Origin: a virus
Lineage: Duplodnaviria; Caudoviricetes
Reading direction: 5' to 3' (one strand)
Virus record (IMG/VR): IMGVR_UViG_3300005077_000001
Location: 64,001 to 128,000 of that record
Length of the DNA stretch: 64,000 bases
Shown here piece by piece: positions 41,001-53,000 of this stretch; within the stretch, counting starts at the first letter, position 1; the number at the start of each line of letters is the position of its first letter. Below the pieces are notes generated by a model, which was not told the origin of the DNA, did not search any database, and saw nothing but the letters and a program-made list of their open reading frames with translations. A program made the position numbers and the translations under genes.

Positions 41001-44000
41001 AGCTACTTTTAAATTTAAAAAAATGGTAGTTCCAAATCTGAAGGGTAATGAAGATGAATTAGTGAACAGTATTAAAAATTATTTAGAAACTGTTGGTTCT
41101 GATATATTTGGTAAACCAATTAAAATTAAAGAATTAGCTGATGAAGTCTTTGTTAAAGATATAGCCAAAAGATGGGCGAAGGGGAAAGAGGGGTCTATTG
41201 AAGAGAATGTGCTCACACTATTAGAATCTTTTGTGGGTCACGAGGCTAGGAAACTATCTACAGGCCAAGTTCTTAAAGGAGTAGGTGCTTCTATATTTAG
41301 CAAGTACGGTGATGATTTAGAACAATCAATAATCAATAAATTTGTTAAAGGAATGAAGCCGAGGATAAAATTTGGAGATGTTGGTATTTTAAAGGGAGTT
41401 CCTAAGTCGTTTGAAGAATTATTCACTGAGATTATCAATTCTTCTAGACTTAATTTAGATCCTGCCAAAATAGATAAGGCCAAAGAACTTATCAAAGGAA
41501 CTCAAAACTTACCAATGCTTTCTTCAAAACACTTATCACAGTTTAATGTTTATCCTGTTGAATACGGAACTGGTAAGATTATGGGAACCCAAGGTAGTTT
41601 ATCCTTAGAGCAAAGGAAAAAATACCTATTTGATATGCTAGGTATCCCAATGTCTGATATTAGTACAGCCAAATCTATTTCTAAGCAGATAGAACTACTT
41701 GGAAATGATATGCAAAAAGTAAGAGATTTATATAAATCTACAGTTGGTGGAGGCCTAACAAAGGATGTTCCAATTGATTTAAGAATAGCTGCTTCATCCA
41801 TTGGCAAAAAATCTCGTTTAATTGGTGGTAATGTTGCAGAAGTAATAGCTAATAATATAATTGGTAATATTCGTTCTGCTCCTTTACAAGGAGAAACCAT
41901 TGTAGATCAAATTATTCGTCAACCCTTGGCAAAAATTATTACTGATACAAAAGCAACAGGGGAAGATGCTCGTAAGCTAGCTTCTTTATATAAAGATGTT
42001 TTAGGTCTTCGTGGTAAATACGGGGAAGAGTTCTTATCAGAAAGTCAGGGTAGGGTTGAAAAGACCATGGCTGGTATGATGCATATGATGATCATGAAAG
42101 AACCTAAACAGTATATTCCTAAAGGAGCAGCAGAGATAGAAGCTGGTAGATCCAAATTAACTATAGATCCTCACGCTTGGGTAGGCTTAAAGAAATTATT
42201 CGATGAGGAAAATAGTGCATTATTAAAAGAAATAAATTTAAATTCTGTACCTGATGCTAGAACTGCTGGGGCTTTATTATCTTCGTTCAGGTCTTTTTCA
42301 AAAAAAAGAGAAGCAGAATTAATGGAAGAGCTATCAAAAAATAAGATTGGTTTGTTAAACCGAGAATCTCTATTAAACCCTAATTACACAAATTATGTTT
42401 CACCTTTAGAAAGAGGATCTTTAAGCGCTGATTTAGGAGGCACTATCTTTGATCCTATGCATTTACCAAAACCAATTCTTTTGGAAATGCCTAAACCTAA
42501 CGAAGAATTAAGAAAAAGAATAGAGAAAGATATAAAAAGGCGAATAGAAAATAGGGAACAGGCTCTTCCATTAAGAGACTATATCGAGATTCCTGAAATA
42601 TCTGGAAGACAAGTATTGGTAAATGAAACTGGAGAAGTTATGCCAACATCAACTTCTAGGTATATGTCTGAGCTAATAGAGTCTACTAGGAAATATCATC
42701 AATTGCAAGATGTGTCAAAAGATCCTAAAATTATGGACATACAGAGGAAAGCCCTAACTGATTTTATTAGTGATAGTTATAATCAGATTCACGCTGAACG
42801 TAATTTAGATATAAAGAAAAAAATGATTAAACATTTTGAAGATCAAGTTTTACCTGTTATTGGTTCTTTACCTATGCCCTTATATTCTTCTGAATCTAAT
42901 TTAATTTTAGGTAAAGAAGGACCAGAACTTCCAACTATATATTCTAGAGTTGGGGCGGATTCTAAAACTAAATTGGAAAAAGAAATATCGAAGGGTATCA
43001 CTATACAAGATGCATATAATAGATATATCACTAAAATTACAGAAGGAAGTGAAGCAAGTAGATTAAACTATATGGCTCGTTTCTTGAGAAATACAATTGC
43101 CAGCCCTGTAATCTACTCTAAATCTCCACAATTAATAGGTCAACAGGTTTCTAGGGAAATTTTACCAGAAGGAGATAAAGAATTTGTAACTAAAACACTG
43201 CTATCTGATAAAAATGTACAAAATTTAGTAACAAAATTTAGTGCACTTAAACCTGAGTATGATAAGAATAAACAACTGACTGGTTTGTATCCTCAAAATA
43301 TTATTGATGAGCAAGTTTTATTAGCTAGACGAAATGCTTATGATTTCTATCGTGAGTTAACAAATTCAATATTTGGTAAAAGTGGTGTTATTAGTGATAC
43401 TTTGCTTAAGAAGAAAGTGCCTGGACTATATTTGACTGCTCAATCAAGACCTTACGACCCTACTGATGCTATGAAATCAGGTGTTGAATTACTAAATAAA
43501 TATTCATCAGAAATAGAAAATTCTGATAAGCTAAAAGAAGATTTAAGGCAACAACTGGATGCTGTACAGAAATTTAAAAAGGAAAACCCTTTGGCTTGGA
43601 TTAAAAGAGATGAGGTCCGTATCGGAGAACGTGATTTACGGGAACTTCAAAAAGCAGGACAAGCCACACCAGAATTGCAAAAGCAAGTTAAAGATGTGTA
43701 TGCAATAATTCATAGACAACCTTCTACAGATGAGTTCAGTTTTAAATCTATGAAATTAAAAATAGATGATATGCAAAAGGATTTATCTGGAGTTGCAGTT
43801 GTTCCTGGATTACCTTTAGGCGACTATGACGCTATGAGAGCTATGGAAAATACCTATAAAGCACTTGAAGGAGTACGAAGTAAACAAACTAGCCAAGTAG
43901 AAGAACTTTATAAATTGGGAAAAACAGAAACTGATCCTGTGGTTAGGCGTCTCCGTAAAAGTATTGAAGAAATAGATAAAGCTGTAAGAGACTTAATACC

Positions 44001-47000
44001 TATATATCATGAGCAACAGCAGAATTTAGATTTTGATGGTGATATGATAGCTCTTCATGCTGCTACATTAAAGAATACTAATGATGAGTTGGAGAAAATT
44101 AATATAGAACAAACTCTCAGAACTGGGGATACAAGGAGATTCCTATATGAAGACTTCAGCAAAGTAATGGCAGAGAAATGGTCGCTAGGTAAAAAAGGAG
44201 ATAAACCGTCTGATGAGGAGTTAGCTGTATTTAAGAATTTTGCTCCGTCTTTATCCTCCCAATGGAATTCTATGGACGTAACTCAGCAATTTACCGATAA
44301 AGCTAAAAAGGACTTATTAAAATTTCATGGTACGGATGCTCCTACTGTGGCAGAAGATGCTTTGAAACACTTTGTTCATAAGATTGATATGGGCCAAGTT
44401 TACGAACAATTTAATAGGATTGGTTTATCTTATCGTGGATTAAGTGCAGAGGAAGCTGGACTTACTCCTAAAATGAGTGAAAATTATAATCTCCTATTAG
44501 CGGAATTTTTACGCTATGTAGTACAAAAGGCTATTGGAGGTAAACATGGATCAGAAGGAGCAGATTTAGCTCCTATGGTTCAAAAAGCGTTTTTCACAGG
44601 GAATTTGGATTTTCTGGCCGGTAAAGGAAAGAATGCTCTATTTGGAGAACAAGAAGAAGCCCTTACAAAGTATAGAATGAAGTATTTGAAACCGTTGTCA
44701 CTTGCTGAATTACAAAAAGAAGCAGAATCTTATGGTATTGATCCAGGAGTAAAAAATAGAGAGCAATTAATAAAAGAGATTGTTAAAAAAACATCTTTTA
44801 GATCTATGTTTGAGAACGTATTTGATACTATCAAAAGACTTACTTTAGCAAATATACGAGAATTATATGAAAAAGGAGCTATTGGAGACATATCATTATC
44901 TAAAAAAGGTAGATTAGGGACAGCAAAGTATCTGAGTGGCCAGTATAATAAATCTATAGATGAGCTATATGATACTTTGAAAGTTTCGTTTAAAGATGGT
45001 AACTTAAATATTACAATGGGTAATAAAGATATTACCCAAGATGTTATAAACCGTGTATCAAAGGATATTGGGGTAGAGTTATCACCAAAAGAGGCTGCTT
45101 TCAGATTAGCTGCTCATGGGGAAGGGTTATACAGCGCAATTGTAGGAGAACCTGGGAAAACGCAAAAACGTATATTAGATTACGGTCCTTCAACTTCCCA
45201 ACTATCAAAAGGATTACAGCCACTTTATGTTTTGAAAAGTTCTGGTGGTGCAGACTTAGCCACAAATAGATATCTAAAATATAAACCAGGGTTTACATCT
45301 GAATATATGCCTGGAGGTCCAGAAGCTGGATATGCTGAAATAGTAGATTCTATTTTAAGAAACAGAATGGGAGCAAATATCCCAATCGACGATGCGTTGG
45401 GTACTTTCAGCAAAATAGGAGGCTCCAAAAACTTTGTAAGTCCAGTTATTAAGATATATGATGAATTTAAAGATACCTATGATAAATTAATGTCAGTAAT
45501 GACAGATGATATCTATAAAATTGAAGGGTTAACAAAACAAACTAAATCTTTTAATAGAGAAATGGATGGATTTGCAGGTAATATGGCAAAAGCGGGGGTT
45601 AAAGCATTTTATAATAAAGAAGAGAACCAATTGTATTTATCTAGTCAAATTAAATCTGATTTTGATGAATCTCTCAATAAATATGCATTAGGTAAAACAG
45701 ATAAAGAAAAAGCCGAAGCCAGGGAATCATTAAGTAAGGCTGCACAAGAAATAAAAGAAGTTCTATCTTATGCTGCAGCACATAAATACATACAAGCAAG
45801 TAATTCAGATTTAGCTAATAGTATACGTGCTAACATAACTAAATATGCTGATCCAAAATCTAATCAATCACTGAAAGTGGATACTCTTATTGAACGATTG
45901 GTTTCTTTACATCAATATACTCCTATTATTGTTAAATGGTTAGAATTAATTGGTAAACCAGAATTAGTATCTCAACCAAAAATAACTATAGCTAGAGAAT
46001 TATCTAAGCATCCACAAATAAGAAAAGAAGCTTTAGAAGAAGAAGTAGCTTCCCTGTTAAGTGGAAGTGGAGGTTTTTCCACCGGTATATATCCGTTATT
46101 TAAATACAGAAAGAAGATAAACCCATTCAACGAGCTGCTATTTGGTTTAGCTAGTAAGCAGCCTGTTCAAATGCAAGCATTTTACCCATTGACCTCAGAA
46201 TCTTGGTCAAATAAAATGTCTGATATGCAATACAATCTTAATTCTGGAGAATGGTATGATATTTTTAAGGGTCACCCTTCTTTACGTGATATAGAATTAC
46301 CTTCTGGTATGACTTCTTACAAAGATGTGTTTTCTTTTTTACGGTCAATGAAAAAATACGGGGGATCAAAAGGAGCAACTCATTATTTAAATAGCATCAT
46401 AAAAGATCGTAACAGATCTTTATTAGAGAATATGGGAATTGGCATACCTGAAGATTGGGATAAAATGAGGCTATGGGCAACAGAACCTTTGGTACAAGGT
46501 GGAATAAGCGAGGCAGCTACTACTACTAGCTGGCCTTTTTTACCATACCCTAGTAATATAAAATTACCCATAGATACTCCCACTGGAAGAGCACGTCGCA
46601 GTATTGAATCCATATATAGTAAAGCATTTGATTTATCTAGAAAAGATTGGACAAATGTATTCAAAGATTTTGATAAACCACTAGCAGATGAAATTCAATC
46701 TTTACCAAAGGATACAAATGTGATAGAACATTTACAAGATACAGGGATGTATGGGCAAAATAAAGGATACACCAGATATATAAATATGATTTTCAAACGA
46801 AGAATGGAGCAGTTACTAAAATCATTAGGCGAAGAGGTTCCTGAATTTTATGACATGCGTTTTCAAAAAGCAAAACAAGAATTTTTAAAAGTATTGGAAA
46901 ATAGAGCAAAACAAGGGAAAGGTTTTGGTTGGTTATGGGGCCCATCCACTGGAGGAACTTGGGGCGGTGATAAGTTTGGCCCTGAAGAAGCATATGGGGA

Positions 47001-50000
47001 TAATCCTCCAGCAAACATAATTAAACGTTGGCAAATGCAGTCTTTTTCTCCTGCCGATTATCCTCACATTAAACCGATATTTGATTATCCTAAATTTTTA
47101 GAGACTGATGCTGCTCTTCAATATAAGAGTCATGGACATCAGATTAAGCTTAGTGCAGTTCCATTAAGATGGGGTAATATTGAGATTGGATATGGAACTA
47201 AAAATAAACCCTTAGACCCAGATAAAGCAAATGCCATTTATAAACCTTTCATTGAACAAGTTAATGAAGAATTAGTTCCTAAGCTAAAAGATAAGGTGAA
47301 AGAAATTCATCATAGGATTGATTTATTTGGAGAATGGGGCGGTAAAAAAGATAAGCTTTTGTGGTTTGATGCAAAAATTGGAAATAAACCATTATCAGTT
47401 GATCAATTTAAAGAACTAGCTTCAAGTCTTGGTTTAAAAACTCCTGATGAATTATACCGTGGGAAAGTAACTAAGCAAATAGTAGAAGATGTATTCAGAG
47501 AAAAACCTCCATTCACAGAGTTAGAGGAAGGTGTAGTTGCTAAGGCATTAGAACGTAAAAAAGGTGATTGGTATGACATGGCAAAGTTTAAAACTAAACC
47601 ATATCTAGTGAATGAAGAAAACAGATATCCTTGGTTTGATGAGAAGTCAGCTGGTGAAAATATTGAAAGAAAAATGAAGAAAGTTTTAGATTACCAGTTA
47701 AAAGCTTTTTCCCCATTAAGAAAACCCAAGGGGACTCAATTAGAAGAGGGTATGTATCCTGAGGAATGGCCCACAATTGAAGTATCCAAAAAGAGAGCAG
47801 AACAGTATTTAAAAGGGTTAGATGATAAGTTTTATCGGCCGGCTGAAGAAGCCAGTATGTATAAAAAGGGTACTGAATTTTTAGTAAAAGCGGCTGGTTT
47901 ATCTGATATACCTTCCGTTGTAAAAGATGCTGTTGTTTTATCTCAAGAAGAATTAAAGAATAGTATCTTTGGTAAAGATATGCCAAAATTACCATATGAC
48001 CCTGTGTTGGTATTGAATACAAGAAAACAAAAACCATTATATCCTGAAGCAGTACCTATTTCTAAAGAAGCAGGTTTTATGTTTCCAGAGACTTCAGAAC
48101 CTGGACAAGTAGGTAGATTCGTGCTCCATAAGCATGACGCATTAAGGGCAGGACCTCATCATGATTTAAGATTTGAAGTAGGAGGTCAATTACAATCTTT
48201 TGCTATACCACAACTAGTTCCAACTGATAAAGGCAAAATAAGATTAGCAATTGGTCCAACTGCTCACCATTCATTAGATTACTATGAAAAAGGAGATTAC
48301 GAAATTCCAAAAGGTTTTTATGGTGCTGGACGTATGCGTACAATGGATGTTGGTACAGCTGTATTAGAAAGCTTTAAACCAGATCATATTACTGTAAAAT
48401 TAACCGGGGTAAGAGGTTTAGCTGATGGTACATATTCACTAGTAAAATTTGATCCGAAAGGAGAGAAACCTAAACAACAGCAATGGTTATTTCAAAAAAT
48501 AAGAGATATAGAAGAGAGGGACCCTGTTAGATTTGCAGAAATATATACTGATAAAGTAGAAAAAGAACAGGATAAAACTTTAAATAAATTAGGGGATAAA
48601 TACAGAGACTTTCTTTCTCCTTTGACAAAATATGAAGAAAAAACATATTCTAATTATCCCACACTAGAGTTAGATTCTTATTTCAATGCTCCTGGACAAA
48701 TGAGGGGAAGGTATTCAAAAGGGAAAATACGAACAGGAAAACCTAGAAATATGGAAGAAATGAGGGCTCTCTTAGCTACTTATGACCACGAGGTTGGTCA
48801 TGCAGCTATAGAGAAATCCTATCCTGATATCGCTGAAAATATCATGTCTGGAAAAGCTGTATTTCCTGGTGTTCATATGGATAAGATTAGAGGCTATTTT
48901 GCAGCTAAATATGGGGGCGATAGAGGAGAAGGAGAAGATCCAGCAATTAAAGCTCTAGAAGAAGCAATTGCAGGTACCAGAGAAGAAGATCAAGATATTT
49001 TAAATGAACTTAGCAAATTACGGGATGAATCTTTTGGTAAAGCTGGAATGGTACCAATAGATCCTAATGCCCTCCAAGAACTAAAATATATCAGACGTTC
49101 TTTTAGTCCCACACAAAAACAAGATTTTGCTATTACAGTAGATTTAAATGATGATAAAGGAGCCCTCTCCTCTTTGAGTTCTTCCTTACAATCATTGGTC
49201 AGGCGATCAATATCAAAAGCTTATGGGCCATATGAGTTGCATGTAGATGCAGCATCTAGAGGTAATCCTGGGCCAGCGGGAGCTGGTGGTATAATAACAA
49301 GTCCTCGCGGAGGGGTTGTAACATCTTTTAGTAAACCAATCGGTGATATGACTAACAGCATGGCTGAGTATGTAGGATTAATTTTAGGATTACAAGAAGC
49401 GTATCAAAAAGGTATTCGTAGTTTAGAAGTTATTTCTGATTCTCAATCAATGGTTAATCAACTTCTAGGTACATATAAAACTAGAAGTCAAAATATTATT
49501 CCATTAAAAGCTAGGGTAGATCAAATTTCAAGTAAGTTTGGTAATGTGGATTTCCAATGGAAACCAAGAACCTTTCTTTCGGATGCAGATAAATTAGCTA
49601 ATGAGACTTTGGATTCTGCTCACAACAAAATTAATCCTGATGATGCAGTAAAGAGAGTAAAGAATTTAATAGATACTAAACAAATAAAGACTAATGATAC
49701 TCTTTTTAAAACTGCTTATTCAAAAGATAAGTACATGGATTACTTATCAAAAGGTTTTGCTGTGGGTATGCTAGCTAATGATGATATATATATGCCTTCA
49801 GGTATAGTAGAAAAGTTTAAAAAAGATTATTCTAAAAACACTCCTGATTTACAATCAGTATCAGAAGCTATACTTCGTACCTATTCTCATGAACGAACTC
49901 ATAAAGATATAAACACTGCTCCTTCTAATATCTACCGTAAATACAAATCTTTAGCAATTGACCCTCGATATTCAAATGCAATTGAATCCTTCATACATGA

Positions 50001-53000
50001 GGTAATACAAGGACCATCTAAGGATATATACTTAAGACAATTTGAAAGGGCTCAGATAAAATCTGGAGAACGACCTGGAGATTACGTATCTTCACCCGCT
50101 GCACGATGGGAAGCATTACAGGAATTAATTGCAGGACATCCTGAAATGAAATCTGCATCTGCTTATAATAAGGATATATCTTTAATAAGGTCTTCCTTTT
50201 ATAGAGATTTGAGTAGAGAAAGCATACAGCATTATGCTCCTGGGCGTAAAGCAAAAGAAAAACCTGATTTCAAATCAAAAGATTATATTAAAATGGTGGG
50301 AGCTAGTGCTGGTGGTTATGAAGTTGGTAATATTCTGTCTAGTATGCTCTCTCTAGATGATATCAAAAACTTATATAGCTTAATGAATGAGCTTACTGGG
50401 TTGGACCCTCTTAGAGTGAAAGGATCAGATCCTGAAAAATCTAAGAGCTTAAGAGACAAAATAGAAAAATTAAGAAGTATGACTGGTTCTAGAGGAGCAA
50501 TGCCTGGTGAAGAACAAGCTGCAAAAGAACGAATAAGGGTATTAGAAGAAAGACTTAAGGAACTTGGTGGTAATGAAAATAGATTGGAAACCCTGCATGG
50601 AATTACGTCTACTGCATTGCCTTTTGCTGGGGCTGCGATTGGAGCTGGCGTACAATATGCTACTACTGGGCTATTTTCAGAAAAAGGCATACCAAGGTCT
50701 TCCTGGGCTAATTTGGCAGCGGCTGGTGTTGGAAGTGTAGTTGGAGCTGGTGGTTTACCTTTATTGTTAAATAAACTTCCATGGGCTGTTCCACATCTAC
50801 CGTGGCACCTTATAGGAGCTGGGGCTGGAGCTTTAGGAGGGTATGGGCTATTACAACTTTATAGAAAATTATCTAATAAGCCAACTAAGCAGTCTTATGT
50901 ACCAACAAGTATAGGTACACCTATTGAAGGTAAACTAGGTTGGTCTACCGATAGTGGGTTTTTCAAAGTAGGAGCAGAAGGTTCAATAGGGTTACCTCCT
51001 CTTTTAGGAATGTCAGGGGATGAATATTTAGAGAAAGATATAAATACATTATTCAATCCAGAGGTTAGACAATCCCGTTTTGTTGGATTACCTCAAAGAC
51101 TAGTGGATCGTATAGATCCAAGAATTTCTGGATTACTGAGGTCTAGCTTGTCTTCAGATCAACTATTTAATATAGGAGCGAATGTAGGTGTTGGTCCAAT
51201 TAGTTTAGGATTTGAGTCAAATTTAGGATCTTATAATTTAGGTTCCTTACCTTATGAGTCTCGGCTTAAGCCACGTATTTCTTTACGAGAAAAAAACTTA
51301 GATGAATTTTCTACAGATTATTTAAATAGAAAACCAGGAATACATCCTCATTATAAGCAGGGTATTTCTTCTGCCTTGGAAATGATGTCTCCAATGGGTA
51401 GTTCTGATTTTCTTGATATTATACTATCTGGTACGGATATGCTAGATGATCTTCTATTACGCATGCCAAAATTAAAAGGACCCAAAGTTAAGCAGACGAA
51501 TAGAATATTTAATTTGACAAGAGATATAACTCCTGAAACTCCTATCAAAGAGCAAGCTCTATCTTTAAAAGAAGTACATGATCAATTAAGAAAAGGGTGG
51601 GTAGCAATAAAAGAAGGAATCGACCAATTTCCTGGTTCAACTTTAACTACTCCTAGCTTTTCTGTTTCTTCTATAAAAGATTTCTTTTCTAACCAATGGA
51701 AAGGTTTAAAAAATGCTATAAACACATTTTCTTCTTTTACTCCTACTAAGAATTTAAGGAATGAAATAAATAGTTTAAGATCTGGTCCTATAGATAATAC
51801 TATATTACAAAAAATAATAGGATTAGAAGAAGAGGTTATAGGTCGTAGAATTGGGATTTTAAAATCTATATCTTCATACAATCCTCGTCGTAGGGCTGAA
51901 TTAGAAAATATTTTTAAGTATGCTAATACTTTTAAACCAGGTTATCAATTTGATGTACAAGGTCCGGGTGGATGGGAAAAAATATTCTTTGAAGAATATC
52001 TTAAACGTGGTGGAAAAGAAACTAGTGAAGTCCATGTTGCTGCGAGAGAATTAAATAAAATGGGAATAAATAATTCTCAACAGCTAAGGGCGTTACAAAA
52101 CATAGTAGGTCCTGGAAAAGCATATGAAACAATTGAGAGTGTTACTCCTATTCCGGTAGGCCAAAGAGTTGCTAATGATGCATTTTCCTTAATAAAAACT
52201 GTTCCTAGTTCTATCAAAAATGCTGGTACATTTATGATTGATGCCTTTAAAGATATAGGAAGCTTTATTTCTACTTTTGTTAAAGGTAAAGATGCATCAG
52301 GCCAAGTATTTAATAGGTCAGCCTATTTTAGTAATGTAATTTCTGAATTACAAGATACTCCTGAAAGATATAGCACAATAACTGGAACTTTATTAAAGAA
52401 TCCAAAAGCCGATACAGTATATTCGCCAAAGATAATGGGACATTTAGTTGAATTAGCCAAATCATCAGTCTATAGGCCGTTAAATGCTCTAGGTATGGGA
52501 CTTGGAAAATTTATTGAACTAGATTTGGATAATAACATCGAGCCTGGAGTTAAAGGTCTATGGAAAAACTATATTACAAATCAATCTGGTGCGGATATTA
52601 AATCAGGATTAAATAGGCTATTCGGTTGGAAAGGCGGAGTAGTAAACACTACTACTGAAAATCTAAGAAATATAAAAGATTCTACTATTGGAGCAGCAAA
52701 GGTTTTTAGTAAAGAATATGGTCCTTCAAGAACTTGGGATTTATTAAAGAGCTTTTATACGGTTCCAGCTTATGGTGTTGGGGAGGCTATGCAAGGTGTT
52801 GGAGGAGCAATAAAAAGCGGTAATATACTAGATATTGCTAAGACTGTTGGATATACTGGTTTTCAAGCATTACCGTTCTTGGGGCATGTAGTATCTGGAG
52901 GATTTGAATTAAGAGACCAATTGCGACAAGGCCATAGATTAATTCCTTCTATAATTGGTACAAGTGCGAAAGAGTCAATTACTTATGGTACTACCGGCCT

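Noticed and set aside
40381-44560. Host rpoB/rpoC misassembled into the contig
   Set aside because: The motifs are far too divergent from cellular RNAP, much of the cellular subunits is missing, and the region is in frame with phage-type domains on both sides.
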